From IMG/VR virus record IMGVR_UViG_3300044527_000952, positions 1-64,000 of that record: DNA of 64,000 nucleotides. One strand, 5' to 3'. The DNA is from a virus. The translations under genes and the position numbers were made by a program. The notes beneath the pieces are model-generated. The model was not told the origin of the DNA. It saw only the letters and a program-made list of their open reading frames with translations, and did not search any database. Of the stretch, positions 49,860-58,283 are shown one piece after another; the stretch's first letter is position 1; each line of letters begins with the position of its first letter.

Positions 49860-50321
49860 ATGGGTTGGTTCAATACAGTAACTCAAAACTTATCCGCACT
49901 ACCCGAATTTATTGACCATTATCAAGAAGAACTAAACCAAGCCAAACATGAAGTAAGAATTATTAAAGGTGAACGTGTTGAACGATTGCTCGCCATGCTC
50001 CCAGGCATCACCGAGCACCGTTTCAACCAACTACAAGAAATCGAGGCTGTTCTAGATTATATGAATGGACAACTTCGTAAAACACGTAGCTTAGCCTTTA
50101 AAAAATATCTTGAAAATTATCCACGCCAATTAACATCACGTGATGCTGAACGATATGCTGATGCTGAGCAAGATGTTATTGACATGGAAACATTGGTCAA
50201 TGAAGTTGCATTGATGCGTAACCAATGGTTGGGTGTTATGAAAGCATTGGAGAGCAAGAACTTTATGCTAGGGCACATTGTGCGTTTACGTGTTGCAGGT
50301 ATGGAGGATATTACGATATAG
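49860..50321 (+). CDS. uvsY: Recombination mediator UvsY-like
   Basis: Helical; LTSRDAERYADAE, KALESKNF..IVRLR; next to uvsX. Confidence 0.75.
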   Translation: MGWFNTVTQNLSALPEFIDHYQEELNQAKHEVRIIKGERVERLLAMLPGITEHRFNQLQEIEAVLDYMNGQLRKTRSLAFKKYLENYPRQLTSRDAERYADAEQDVIDMETLVNEVALMRNQWLGVMKALESKNFMLGHIVRLRVAGMEDITI

Positions 50322-50334
50322 CGTAAAAAAACGC

Positions 50335-50363
50335 TTGACAAGATATCCTAATTCACTTATACT
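50335..50363 (+). promoter_or_regulatory. Sigma70-type early promoter, class A
   Basis: ttgaca-17-tatact, spacer contains atatcctaat. Confidence 0.8.
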
Positions 50364-50397
50364 TCCCATATAGTCAGTCAACACCAAGGGGAATACG

Positions 50398-50691
50398 ATG
50401 AAAATTGCAGTGTACACTCAATACTCCGAAAACTACGGTTCCGCTGAACTTCCCAAATGGAAGTCAAAAGGTGGTGCAACCTATCTTATTAACAACCTTA
50501 CTGTTGCTGACGTTTTCTTTTTCAAAGACGACCTCACACTTTTTACCAACAAATTTAACTTTAGCAATGAGTTTGCTGAGGAGTGTGTTGTAAACTTCAA
50601 CATTCTTGATGATGACGATATGTCATTCTGTAAAGAGTGGGAATTACCATTCTTAAAACAGTTTACACGCAGTGACTTTGTTGCTGCTTGA
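50398..50691 (+). CDS. Early hypothetical protein
   Basis: TQYSENYG..WKSKGG..Y; has its own promoter and SD. Confidence 0.7.
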   Translation: MKIAVYTQYSENYGSAELPKWKSKGGATYLINNLTVADVFFFKDDLTLFTNKFNFSNEFAEECVVNFNILDDDDMSFCKEWELPFLKQFTRSDFVAA

Positions 50692-50716
50692 CAGTAACTA
50701 AGTTTCAATCTATAAT
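50688..50716 (+). promoter_or_regulatory. Sigma70-type early promoter
   Basis: ttgaca-17-tataat. Confidence 0.8.
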
Positions 50717-50750
50717 TCCTGTATAGTAAATACTTCAAGAGGAAATAAAA

Positions 50751-51464
50751 ATGTACGTTAATCGTGAAGCTGAAGAAACGATGATTTTTGTGCGTTCTCG
50801 TATTAAGTATTCACAGGGTGTTTTTACCTCAACAGGACAACGTTGGTTTTGGATGGAACGTAACAAAGATGCCATTCAACAAGAAGATGGTGTTACACCC
50901 TATGGTGTACCCTTCAAAAAAGGTGACCGTGTACTTTCTATTGACCAAGTAGTATCATGGGCAAGTTATGGTACACGTAGTCAAATGCCTCTTGTTCATG
51001 TTGCAATCGTTGATCGTGTTGGTGTACGTGCGTTTTACAAGTTAGGTGGTAAGGGTAACCTACGTGATGGTTGGGGACCTGATCCCAAAAAAACTAAACT
51101 ATTGTGGGAGCGTCCTGCAAGTGTAGTAGGATTGCCCGAAGAAGAACCAAAAGAAGTAAAAAAATCTACCAAGGTAGGTAATGTTGGTGATGAAATTATT
51201 GTAGAAGGTACTGTCATCAAACATGAAGTTTTATCTACAAATTATGGTACAGTTAATAAGTTTATTATTAAAGATACTAGTGAGAACTTGTATATGTACA
51301 AGGGTTCTAAGTATTTGACTGAGAAAGGTGGTTTTGTAAAAGTTGAGACCAAAGTAAAAGATCACTTTGAGATGGGTGAAGGAACAGGTTCTTGGTTGAC
51401 AATTTTAGGTGGTAAAGGTAAAAATACAATGAACATACTAATTCAAGAAAGTTTTCAAACATGA
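50751..51464 (+). CDS. Early protein with probable C-terminal OB fold
   Basis: VGNVGDEI.VEGTV..YG...I.D..N.Y..K pattern. Confidence 0.65.
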   Translation: MYVNREAEETMIFVRSRIKYSQGVFTSTGQRWFWMERNKDAIQQEDGVTPYGVPFKKGDRVLSIDQVVSWASYGTRSQMPLVHVAIVDRVGVRAFYKLGGKGNLRDGWGPDPKKTKLLWERPASVVGLPEEEPKEVKKSTKVGNVGDEIIVEGTVIKHEVLSTNYGTVNKFIIKDTSENLYMYKGSKYLTEKGGFVKVETKVKDHFEMGEGTGSWLTILGGKGKNTMNILIQESFQT

Positions 51465-51603
51465 AATTATTGATTAAAAACAACAAGTTCACACCGCTAG
51501 GTCTGTTTTTAGCTCTGTTGGTTGGGTTGTTTTATATCCCAATATGGGCACTATTTCATCCTAAAGAATTTTGGGCAGAATGTAAAAAGCCATGGTTTAG
51601 ATA

Positions 51604-51816
51604 ATGAATAGTCATTTACGCAACATTGCGACCAAAGCAAGTCGTGATATAGACTGTGCTTATATGGGTGATGCTTATGCTATTGCCCTTACTAAAGCCA
51701 TTGTAAAGGACTTAACAGATGAACTAGGCAAGGTTAAGTGGATGGGTGATGATGAAGGATGGGACAAGGCAATTGATGCTGTAAAGAAAGAATTAAAGTC
51801 TAGGTACGGGACATAA
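51604..51816 (+). CDS. Hypothetical protein, possible distant MNERI-family member
   Basis: MNSHLRNIATKA..AIVKD..LKSRYG. Confidence 0.55.
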   Translation: MNSHLRNIATKASRDIDCAYMGDAYAIALTKAIVKDLTDELGKVKWMGDDEGWDKAIDAVKKELKSRYGT

Positions 51817-52097
51817 TATGTTTAATTTAGTTATTAGCTTGTCATGTTTATACTTCGCCAAAAAAGATTTTGAAGATGGTAATAGCAAACTAGGATGGTT
51901 TAGTCTTGTCATATCTGCCTGTAACTTTTCTATTTTTTTAGCAGAATATTTCTAAATAACTTTATGAGTAATATTATTTGGGTTATACTAGGTGCGCTAT
52001 TATGTCTCTTACTTGGAGCTATCATAGGATTTTGGGTTGAAGAATTAACTTATTCGCCACTTACACGTGGTTTTTATGAATGTAAAGGATGTTGGTA

Positions 52098-52325
52098 ATG
52101 AAATTGTTTGATACGTATGAAACTATTGATGCTATGAAACCATGTATGAAGCGACCTATTGTTGTACATGCGGTACAAGTTAATGAAGAATTTAGGGTAA
52201 ATAGTTTAGAAGGTGATTACGCACAAGGTAAAGCAGGTGACTATCTTATGCGTGGTATTAACGGTGAATTGTATATTTGCGACCGTGAAGTATTTGAAAA
52301 AACATATGATTTTGTAAATGGCTGA
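52098..52325 (+). CDS. PGDYG-like domain protein
   Basis: SLEG..GKAGDYLMRGINGELY.C..EVFEKTY. Confidence 0.7.
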   Translation: MKLFDTYETIDAMKPCMKRPIVVHAVQVNEEFRVNSLEGDYAQGKAGDYLMRGINGELYICDREVFEKTYDFVNG

Positions 52326-52554
52326 TAAATTAGTTGAATTAATTAAACGTGCGGGATTTAGCAGTACTTACGAACAAGTTCGACTTGAACGTTTGATATG
52401 GCTAACTGCCTTAGAAATTAGCCCACTATTATCTGCTGAAGATTGGCTAAAAGTAAAAGAATTGTTGCAGTTACCTGATGATGTACAGCAACGTAAAAAC
52501 TTTAATTACCTGACAAAATTTAAACAAGAAGATCCTGAAGAATATATGAAGTAG
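52318..52554 (+). CDS. Hypothetical protein
   Basis: Coupled ORF. Confidence 0.55.
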   Translation: MADKLVELIKRAGFSSTYEQVRLERLIWLTALEISPLLSAEDWLKVKELLQLPDDVQQRKNFNYLTKFKQEDPEEYMK

Positions 52555-52569
52555 TTGTAAAAATACAAC

Positions 52570-52598
52570 TTGACAGTATATCCAATTTTTACTATAAT
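52570..52598 (+). promoter_or_regulatory. Sigma70-type early promoter, class A
   Basis: ttgaca-gtatatccaat..-tataat, 17-nt spacer. Confidence 0.8.
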
Positions 52599-52627
52599 TT
52601 CTCTATAGTCAGATATAGGAGATTGAC

Positions 52628-52987
52628 ATGCCACTAGTTCAATATATGGATCACACCCACCCTGATGCATTCGTAGATTTCGAAAAGCTTGAACCAATGG
52701 TTAATACAGGTTATACCAAACCATGTCCTGTATGCCAATGTTACGGTGGTTGGAATCTTAAACTCAATGCATATCCTTTACACAATTATCCTAATACTGC
52801 TGAAAATCGTCATCGTTATTCACACTTCCGTTCAAACTGCTCACATTGTAACGGGTATGGTTATACGTTACCTACTGAAACTTGCAGTGGTCATGAGTGG
52901 GAGCGCAAGCAAAACCTAGGTCGATGCTACACTTTATACGTGTGTAAAAAATGCAACAAGAATATGGAAGTTGATTCTAGCGATTGA
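52628..52987 (+). CDS. Zn-finger protein
   Basis: CPVCQCYG, CSHCNGYG, C..H, CKKC. Confidence 0.7.
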   Translation: MPLVQYMDHTHPDAFVDFEKLEPMVNTGYTKPCPVCQCYGGWNLKLNAYPLHNYPNTAENRHRYSHFRSNCSHCNGYGYTLPTETCSGHEWERKQNLGRCYTLYVCKKCNKNMEVDSSD

Positions 52988-53012
52988 CAACATATCCTAA
53001 TTCATATACAAT
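52984..53012 (+). promoter_or_regulatory. Sigma70-type early promoter, class A
   Basis: ttgaca-acatatcctaat..-tacaat, 17-nt spacer. Confidence 0.75.
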
Positions 53013-53044
53013 ACATATATTGATTGATCTTTTGGAGAGTAGAA

Positions 53045-53353
53045 ATGGCAATAACGCCCCTGACAGAACGCCAAAAATCCTTGATTGTTAACAATGTTGT
53101 AGCAGCATGTAAAGACATTAAAAAATTAAATAAAACGGGATATAATTTCTTGTATCTTTGCAGTGGGTTTATCGCTCACTATAATTTAGGTGGATTTATT
53201 TCTGCTTATGATTATCCTAACGCTTTAGTGCGTAATATTATGTCTAATGTACGGGTCAATCAATGGAATAATTTTTCTCCCTCTGATCCTGATTATGCAT
53301 ACATGATGTCAAAAAAAGACGTTTACAATAGAATTGTTGCAAAAATATCCTAA
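53045..53353 (+). CDS. Early hypothetical protein
   Basis: Y.FL.L..GFIAHYNL.GF; SD ggag. Confidence 0.65.
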   Translation: MAITPLTERQKSLIVNNVVAACKDIKKLNKTGYNFLYLCSGFIAHYNLGGFISAYDYPNALVRNIMSNVRVNQWNNFSPSDPDYAYMMSKKDVYNRIVAKIS

Positions 53354-53401
53354 CTGATGTACAATAGTTTTTGTGGTGATTAATTCTTAACGGAGATTGA
53401 A

Positions 53402-53698
53402 ATGAGTAAAGCCCTAGTAAACAAACTTGCCAAGATTCGTGCTGAAATTGCTCTCTTGAAAGTAGCAGAAAAGAAGGTTGAAACTGCGTTGATTACTGCT
53501 GCCAATTTCGATAGCATGACGTTTTTCGGTACTGCTACGGTTGCCACGGTAGTTCCCCAACACGAACGTGCTAGTGTTAAATATGAAGCTATGGTGCGTG
53601 ATGTACTTGGTGATGCCAAAGTAGACTCGCTTGCTGAAGCATATACCAAAATTAGCAAAGTTAGTGCTGCTGTAAAATTGTCAACCTTAGTTAAGTAA
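53402..53698 (+). CDS. Early hypothetical protein
   Basis: Promoter ttgcaa-17-tacaat at 53337, SD ggag. Confidence 0.65.
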   Translation: MSKALVNKLAKIRAEIALLKVAEKKVETALITAANFDSMTFFGTATVATVVPQHERASVKYEAMVRDVLGDAKVDSLAEAYTKISKVSAAVKLSTLVK

Positions 53699-53705
53699 GG
53701 TACAT

Positions 53706-53972
53706 ATGAAAGTTCAATCAGTAGGTTCAGCAGATTCAAGTGGAGCACGTAACGTGATGATGGAGTTATGGCGTATGACCATGACTCAACGTGTTCAACA
53801 TGATTTACAACAACGAGTATCAGGTAGAAAAAGTGAGCCTGAACCACGTAAAGTTGAACCTGCAGTAAAGATAGAAATTAGTGATAGCGCACGTTATATT
53901 TTAGCTACACAAGCTGCTGAGAAGCATAAATTGGAACAAAAAAATGAACGAACGAATTCGAGAACTTGCTGA
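53706..53972 (+). CDS. Hypothetical protein
   Basis: 88-aa ORF with SD. Confidence 0.55.
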   Translation: MKVQSVGSADSSGARNVMMELWRMTMTQRVQHDLQQRVSGRKSEPEPRKVEPAVKIEISDSARYILATQAAEKHKLEQKNERTNSRTC

Positions 53973-54159
53973 ACAGGCTGGTGATATTATTTCAGAATTC
54001 CATTTTGGAGATTATAATATTCCGAATGAGTTTATTGAAAAGTTCGCCGAGTTGATTGTTAGAGAATGTGCTAACATAGCATTTGAGGAATGGCAACATA
54101 ACGGTGGTAGTGCTTCGGGCGAATCTGCTATATTAAAATATTTTGGAGTTGAAGAATGA
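53944..54159 (+). CDS. MNERI-family paralogue 1
   Basis: MNERIRELAEQA..EKFAELIVREC..FGVEE. Confidence 0.75.
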   Translation: MNERIRELAEQAGDIISEFHFGDYNIPNEFIEKFAELIVRECANIAFEEWQHNGGSASGESAILKYFGVEE

Positions 54160-54320
54160 GAAAATTCACTGAAGTATTGGAAGAGTATTTGGACGAGCGT
54201 GAACGTCAGAGTAATGATTATTATGATAATCGCTATATTAAATCAAAAATGGAGGGTTGGTATCGTATGAATGACTTGGCAAAAGAATTGGACGAAATGG
54301 TTCAAGGAATTAAAGAATGA
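54156..54320 (+). CDS. 54-aa ORF coupled by ATGA overlaps at both ends
   Basis: MRKFTEVLEEYLDERE..MVQGIKE. Confidence 0.6.
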   Translation: MRKFTEVLEEYLDERERQSNDYYDNRYIKSKMEGWYRMNDLAKELDEMVQGIKE

Positions 54321-54673
54321 ACGAACGAATTCGAGAACTTGCTGAACAGGCATCACATCAAAGTCCCGATGGGTATCCCGTGACCATTCCATATAGTAAA
54401 GACTTTGCAGAAAAGTTCGCCGAGTTGATTGTACGGGAATGTGCTGAAATTTCAGAACAAAGTCAATGGAGTGAAGCCAAGGGAGAATATTATGAAGGCT
54501 TTAATGAGGCTATGATTTATGTTTCCAATAAGATTAAAGAACATTTCGGAGTTGAAGAATCTCTTGGTTGGGTATGTTCTAAGTGTGGCACTGATCGCAC
54601 CAAGGCTGTTTGCCCACTAGGTAACAGTGCCGCAATTGATGGTCGATGCCCTATGGTATTGACTACCAAATAA
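54317..54673 (+). CDS. MNERI-family paralogue 2 with C-terminal Zn-ribbon extension
   Basis: Same three conserved blocks plus WVCSKCGTDR..CP..CP. Confidence 0.75.
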   Translation: MNERIRELAEQASHQSPDGYPVTIPYSKDFAEKFAELIVRECAEISEQSQWSEAKGEYYEGFNEAMIYVSNKIKEHFGVEESLGWVCSKCGTDRTKAVCPLGNSAAIDGRCPMVLTTK

Positions 54674-54686
54674 CTAAGGAACAATT

Positions 54687-54890
54687 ATGAGTTGTAAAAT
54701 AATTACAGCAGAAATTAAGATGGGCGAAGATCGCTATACTATTGTGCATGGCAAGACTATTGAAGAAGTTATTGACAAAATTCATGAATATCATACGTTC
54801 TCGGAGTTTTTAAAACAGCATTTTACCAAGAAGGGTACATTATCAAAAGAACTTAAATCAGGTTGGTATCTTAAAAACGCAGCTAAGTAA
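54687..54890 (+). CDS. Hypothetical protein
   Basis: SD aagga. Confidence 0.6.
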   Translation: MSCKIITAEIKMGEDRYTIVHGKTIEEVIDKIHEYHTFSEFLKQHFTKKGTLSKELKSGWYLKNAAK

Positions 54891-54958
54891 CCCTACAGGT
54901 TGACAGGGTATTCGAACGGTAGTATACTATGGTTATAGTGAACAACAAGGAGCAGACG

Positions 54959-55150
54959 ATGAGCATTTTCAAGAAGATCAAAGAGTTTTTCAATGAACCA
55001 GATCAAATGGAGTTGATTGAAGAGCGATTCTACAAGAAGTTGGAAGACATGAAGGCTCACCCTGAAAAGTATCAACACATTCTGAACAAGAACTCTGCCC
55101 AATCTAAGATTCCTCCAGTGTCTCTGTTTTGTTTTAACCCTACAGGTTGA
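54959..55150 (+). CDS. Early hypothetical protein
   Basis: SD aaggag after a class B promoter. Confidence 0.6.
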   Translation: MSIFKKIKEFFNEPDQMELIEERFYKKLEDMKAHPEKYQHILNKNSAQSKIPPVSLFCFNPTG

Positions 55151-55204
55151 CGGGTCTTTGGACTAGTGCTATACTGTGCTTACAGTAAACAAAAGGAGCA
55201 GCAA

Positions 55205-55411
55205 ATGAACGAACGAATTAAAGAACTATTAACTCAATCTGGTCTACAGCCATACTACGATGCTCAACAAGGGCAGATTGAAAAGTTTGCCGAGTTGATT
55301 GTTAGGGAATGTATTGTAGATTTTTACAGAAATTGCCTAGACACCTCCAGCAACGAAGATATTACAGTCCAAGTTGATAGATATGTAAAAGAACATTTCG
55401 GAGTTGAATAA
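55205..55411 (+). CDS. MNERI-family paralogue 3
   Basis: MNERIKELL..EKFAELIVREC..KEHFGVE. Confidence 0.75.
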   Translation: MNERIKELLTQSGLQPYYDAQQGQIEKFAELIVRECIVDFYRNCLDTSSNEDITVQVDRYVKEHFGVE

Positions 55412-55480
55412 CCCTACAGGTTGACAGGTCTTTTGAACTCTGTTATACTATGTTCTGTAGTGATTGATAAGGAACTTGAG

Positions 55481-55660
55481 ATGAAATTTGTTAAATGCTA
55501 TGCTTGTGATGGTCGCCATGATATAAACTTCATCAAAATTCTTGAAACCAAAGAAATTAAATATAGTGGTACCTCAGTTAAATTTAAATGCCCTGATGAC
55601 AACAGTGAGCAAATAAACAACTCATTTGTCTTTGAGGTTAAAGAACCAAAAACTGCTTGA
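55481..55660 (+). CDS. Small Zn-binding early protein
   Basis: CYAC..H, FKCP. Confidence 0.55.
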   Translation: MKFVKCYACDGRHDINFIKILETKEIKYSGTSVKFKCPDDNSEQINNSFVFEVKEPKTA

Positions 55661-55685
55661 CAACATATCCTAATTTTGCTATACT
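55657..55685 (+). promoter_or_regulatory. Sigma70-type early promoter, class A
   Basis: ttgaca-acatatcctaat..-tatact. Confidence 0.8.
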
Positions 55686-55715
55686 TGTTTCTGTTAGATA
55701 ACTAGTGAGGAATAT

Positions 55716-56042
55716 ATGAACGACACTCAAATTCATGATGTAATTAACAGTGCTTTCCAAGCTGCTCGCACCGCTACTAAGGAATATCTTGCCACACATG
55801 GTGATGCGGATGCATGTGGGTTTGCATGGGTAAGTATTCGCCCTGCTACAAAAAAAGTAGCAAAAATTCTTAAAAATTATGGTGCTGACACATCATTTGA
55901 AGGTGGGTTGAAATTGTGGAACCCAAGTTATTCCCCTGTGCAATCAATTTCTGCAAAGGAAGAAGGTGCGTACGCATTTGTTAATGTGATGCGTGAAGCG
56001 TTCCCTGATGTTACTTTTACTGTTGGTAGTCGGATGGATTAA
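55716..56042 (+). CDS. Conserved phage hypothetical protein
   Basis: ACGFAWV.I.PA, QS.S.KE.GA.AF, SRMD end. Confidence 0.7.
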   Translation: MNDTQIHDVINSAFQAARTATKEYLATHGDADACGFAWVSIRPATKKVAKILKNYGADTSFEGGLKLWNPSYSPVQSISAKEEGAYAFVNVMREAFPDVTFTVGSRMD

Positions 56043-56047
56043 AGGAG

Positions 56048-56275
56048 ATGACAATGTATACTGAATTAACTGTACAATATACTCGCCATGGTGGTGCTTA
56101 TGATCGTGGTAACGCAGATGCATACTATGGTCGTGTATTTGACCCACATTACTTCATTGGTGCAACATATAGCACTGAACGTGTAGTTGCCCTACAAGGT
56201 ACACCTGAGTATGATGCATACAAACGTGGGTTTGAGGAGTGCACAGATTTTAAAGATTGGGGTGGAGATGAATAG
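56048..56275 (+). CDS. Hypothetical protein
   Basis: HGGAYDRG.ADAYYGR..PHY. Confidence 0.65.
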   Translation: MTMYTELTVQYTRHGGAYDRGNADAYYGRVFDPHYFIGATYSTERVVALQGTPEYDAYKRGFEECTDFKDWGGDE

Positions 56276-56477
56276 ACGTTTACTTAAAATAGCCACTGAA
56301 CATAAGATTTTACCTCATGATTATATCGTAGGATCAGATCTACCATTAGAAAATACAATTGAAAAAATTGGATTGGCAGTGGCAAATGATTGCATGCTTA
56401 ATGCTTGGTGGACTGAAGGATACAAAGATCCTGAAAAAACCATATCTAACAAACTTAAACAATTATACAATTTATGA
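56268..56477 (+). CDS. Hypothetical protein, possible distant MNERI-family member
   Basis: MNRRLLKIA..IEKIG..V..DC..ISNKLKQLY. Confidence 0.55.
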   Translation: MNRRLLKIATEHKILPHDYIVGSDLPLENTIEKIGLAVANDCMLNAWWTEGYKDPEKTISNKLKQLYNL

Positions 56478-56686
56478 ACGAAGAAATGATAGAAAAGATA
56501 ACATTAAATTATACTGACTTACAAAAATTGATGGATACACTAAAAGAGTTTGAAGTCAACCATTTTAGTATTATCAAAACAGGTGGTAGTGGTATTGGGT
56601 ATGAAGTAGACTTAGAATTTCATCAACAATTTAAAGGTAGAATGGCAACAATTCGTATCCCAATTACAACAACTGATGAGTGGTAA
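56474..56686 (+). CDS. Hypothetical protein
   Basis: SGIG motif, coupled start. Confidence 0.6.
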   Translation: MNEEMIEKITLNYTDLQKLMDTLKEFEVNHFSIIKTGGSGIGYEVDLEFHQQFKGRMATIRIPITTTDEW

Positions 56687-56694
56687 AAAACTGC

Positions 56695-56723
56695 TTGACA
56701 GTATATCCACATTGTGGCATAAT
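56695..56723 (+). promoter_or_regulatory. Sigma70-type early promoter, class A
   Basis: ttgaca-gtatatcc..-cataat. Confidence 0.7.
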
Positions 56724-56762
56724 TATTTCTGTAGTGATTGATAACCAACTAGGAGATGCCAA

Positions 56763-57155
56763 ATGGCTTACGTTTCCCAAGAAAAGAAGCAAAACCTCGC
56801 AGTTGCCATCAAAACCGTTCTTAAGAAATACGGTGTAAAAGCCACGTTAGGTGTGCATTATCACAGCACGTTAGTTCTTAATATTAAGTCTAGTAAGATT
56901 GACTTTCTAGGTAACTTTAACGAAACATGCAAGCAAAGTCTAAAAGCTGACCGTGATTACCTTGACGTAAACCCTTATTGGTTCCAAGAACACTTTAGCG
57001 GTGTTGCAAAAGAGTTTCTTACTGAAGTAACACAAGCGATGTACGGTCCTGATTACTACGATGAAAGCGATGCCCAAATTGATTACTTCAATTGCTCGCA
57101 CTATATTCGGGTAAATATCGGTAAGTGGAACAAACCCTATGTTCTAGAGCAGTAA
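56763..57155 (+). CDS. Conserved phage protein (LPD29-like C-terminus)
   Basis: YDESDAQIDYF..HY...IGKWNKPY. Confidence 0.65.
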   Translation: MAYVSQEKKQNLAVAIKTVLKKYGVKATLGVHYHSTLVLNIKSSKIDFLGNFNETCKQSLKADRDYLDVNPYWFQEHFSGVAKEFLTEVTQAMYGPDYYDESDAQIDYFNCSHYIRVNIGKWNKPYVLEQ

Positions 57156-57210
57156 ATACAAATTTTAACCACCATGGGGCGTAATGCCCCTATAATTTTA
57201 TGAGGATATT

Positions 57211-57426
57211 ATGGAAGAAAATACAACATCAAATGCATTGCCACCTTTTGTTAGCAGATTTATTCGTGATGAAGAAGGTAAGTTAAATATTGATCCTGAG
57301 TGCAAAATTCTAGCTGAGAAACATTATTGGAAAGATCGCCCTGCTTATAGTAAAGATGATCGTAGGGTGATGATTGGTCGCTATGATGAAAACGGTAATT
57401 TAATCCCATTTAAAAATACACGATAA
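57211..57426 (+). CDS. Hypothetical protein
   Basis: SD gagga. Confidence 0.55.
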   Translation: MEENTTSNALPPFVSRFIRDEEGKLNIDPECKILAEKHYWKDRPAYSKDDRRVMIGRYDENGNLIPFKNTR

Positions 57427-57428
57427 TC

Positions 57429-57779
57429 ATGGCAGGATATAATTTAATCCAAGAAATACGTAGGCTTGAAGAAGATTGTGAGCGTCTTGGTCTAATGATG
57501 TGTCACGCACAGCATTTTTATAATGAATTTGGTGATGTAGTTGCAGTAAAACCAAAAGATGATGAAGCATTACCTTTGTATTCACGTGATGCTGAAGTTT
57601 TTATTGGAACCATAAAAGATTTACAAATGTGGTTACGTGGTATAGAATGGGCACGTGGTTATGATGGTATGATATTTGGTAAAAACCATGATAAAAACCG
57701 CACAAATAAAGAAGAAAAGTATCGTGCAGGTCAAACATTTAAACGATTAGTAGAAGGAAAAGAAAGTGATAAACCTTGA
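57429..57779 (+). CDS. Hypothetical protein
   Basis: LPLYSRDAE.F.G....WLRG..WAR.YD. Confidence 0.65.
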   Translation: MAGYNLIQEIRRLEEDCERLGLMMCHAQHFYNEFGDVVAVKPKDDEALPLYSRDAEVFIGTIKDLQMWLRGIEWARGYDGMIFGKNHDKNRTNKEEKYRAGQTFKRLVEGKESDKP

Positions 57780-58281
57780 AGATTACATGAAAGCAATTAA
57801 TTACAGAATATCTGAGGGTACAGAATACCTTTGGAAATGTTTTGGTGACAACCCATTTACCCTATCATATTGGGATAATGATCATGATGGAGTAAGTGCT
57901 GATATTACTTTTGACACACAAACACAAGAGGTATATTACGCCACTGTACATGATTACGCAAAAAGACGGTCATATCGTTTGATCAATCCTGATTACGTTG
58001 AAGCATATCGTCAAGAATGTAAAGATAAAAATGTAGTTGAGAATAATGCTTATGATGAAGTTAATTATGTTACGTTAGAAACTGATGAGGACTTTATTGA
58101 AAAACTTACTGCTATTGTAAATAAACAACCATACAATACCAAAGTGCAAGTACCACTTGAATTAGATAAAGAAGAAATGTATAATCTAATGAGTTTAGCC
58201 CATGAGCGTGACATAACGCTAAACCAACTAGTGGAAAACATGTTATGGGAAGCTATCAACAACCACAAAACTAAGGTGTAA
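57766..58281 (+). CDS. Hypothetical protein with C-terminal ribbon-helix-helix-like segment
   Basis: LAHERDITLNQLVE. Confidence 0.65.
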   Translation: MINLEDYMKAINYRISEGTEYLWKCFGDNPFTLSYWDNDHDGVSADITFDTQTQEVYYATVHDYAKRRSYRLINPDYVEAYRQECKDKNVVENNAYDEVNYVTLETDEDFIEKLTAIVNKQPYNTKVQVPLELDKEEMYNLMSLAHERDITLNQLVENMLWEAINNHKTKV

Positions 58282-58283
58282 TT

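Larger units (their letters stand above)
54888..55449 (+). repeat. Three copies of the class B promoter cassette TAACCCTACAGGTTGAC..tatact
   Basis: Identical 17-mer at 54888, 55135 and 55409, each with a 17-nt spacer and tatact, then an SD and a short gene. Confidence 0.9.

Noticed and set aside
53944-55411. Diversity-generating retroelement
   Set aside because: No reverse transcriptase in the window, and the differences are not adenine-specific substitutions between a TR/VR pair.
54888-55449. CRISPR-like array from the 17-nt repeats
   Set aside because: Spacing is about 250-275 nt, the repeats contain -35 boxes and enclose genes, and no cas genes are present.
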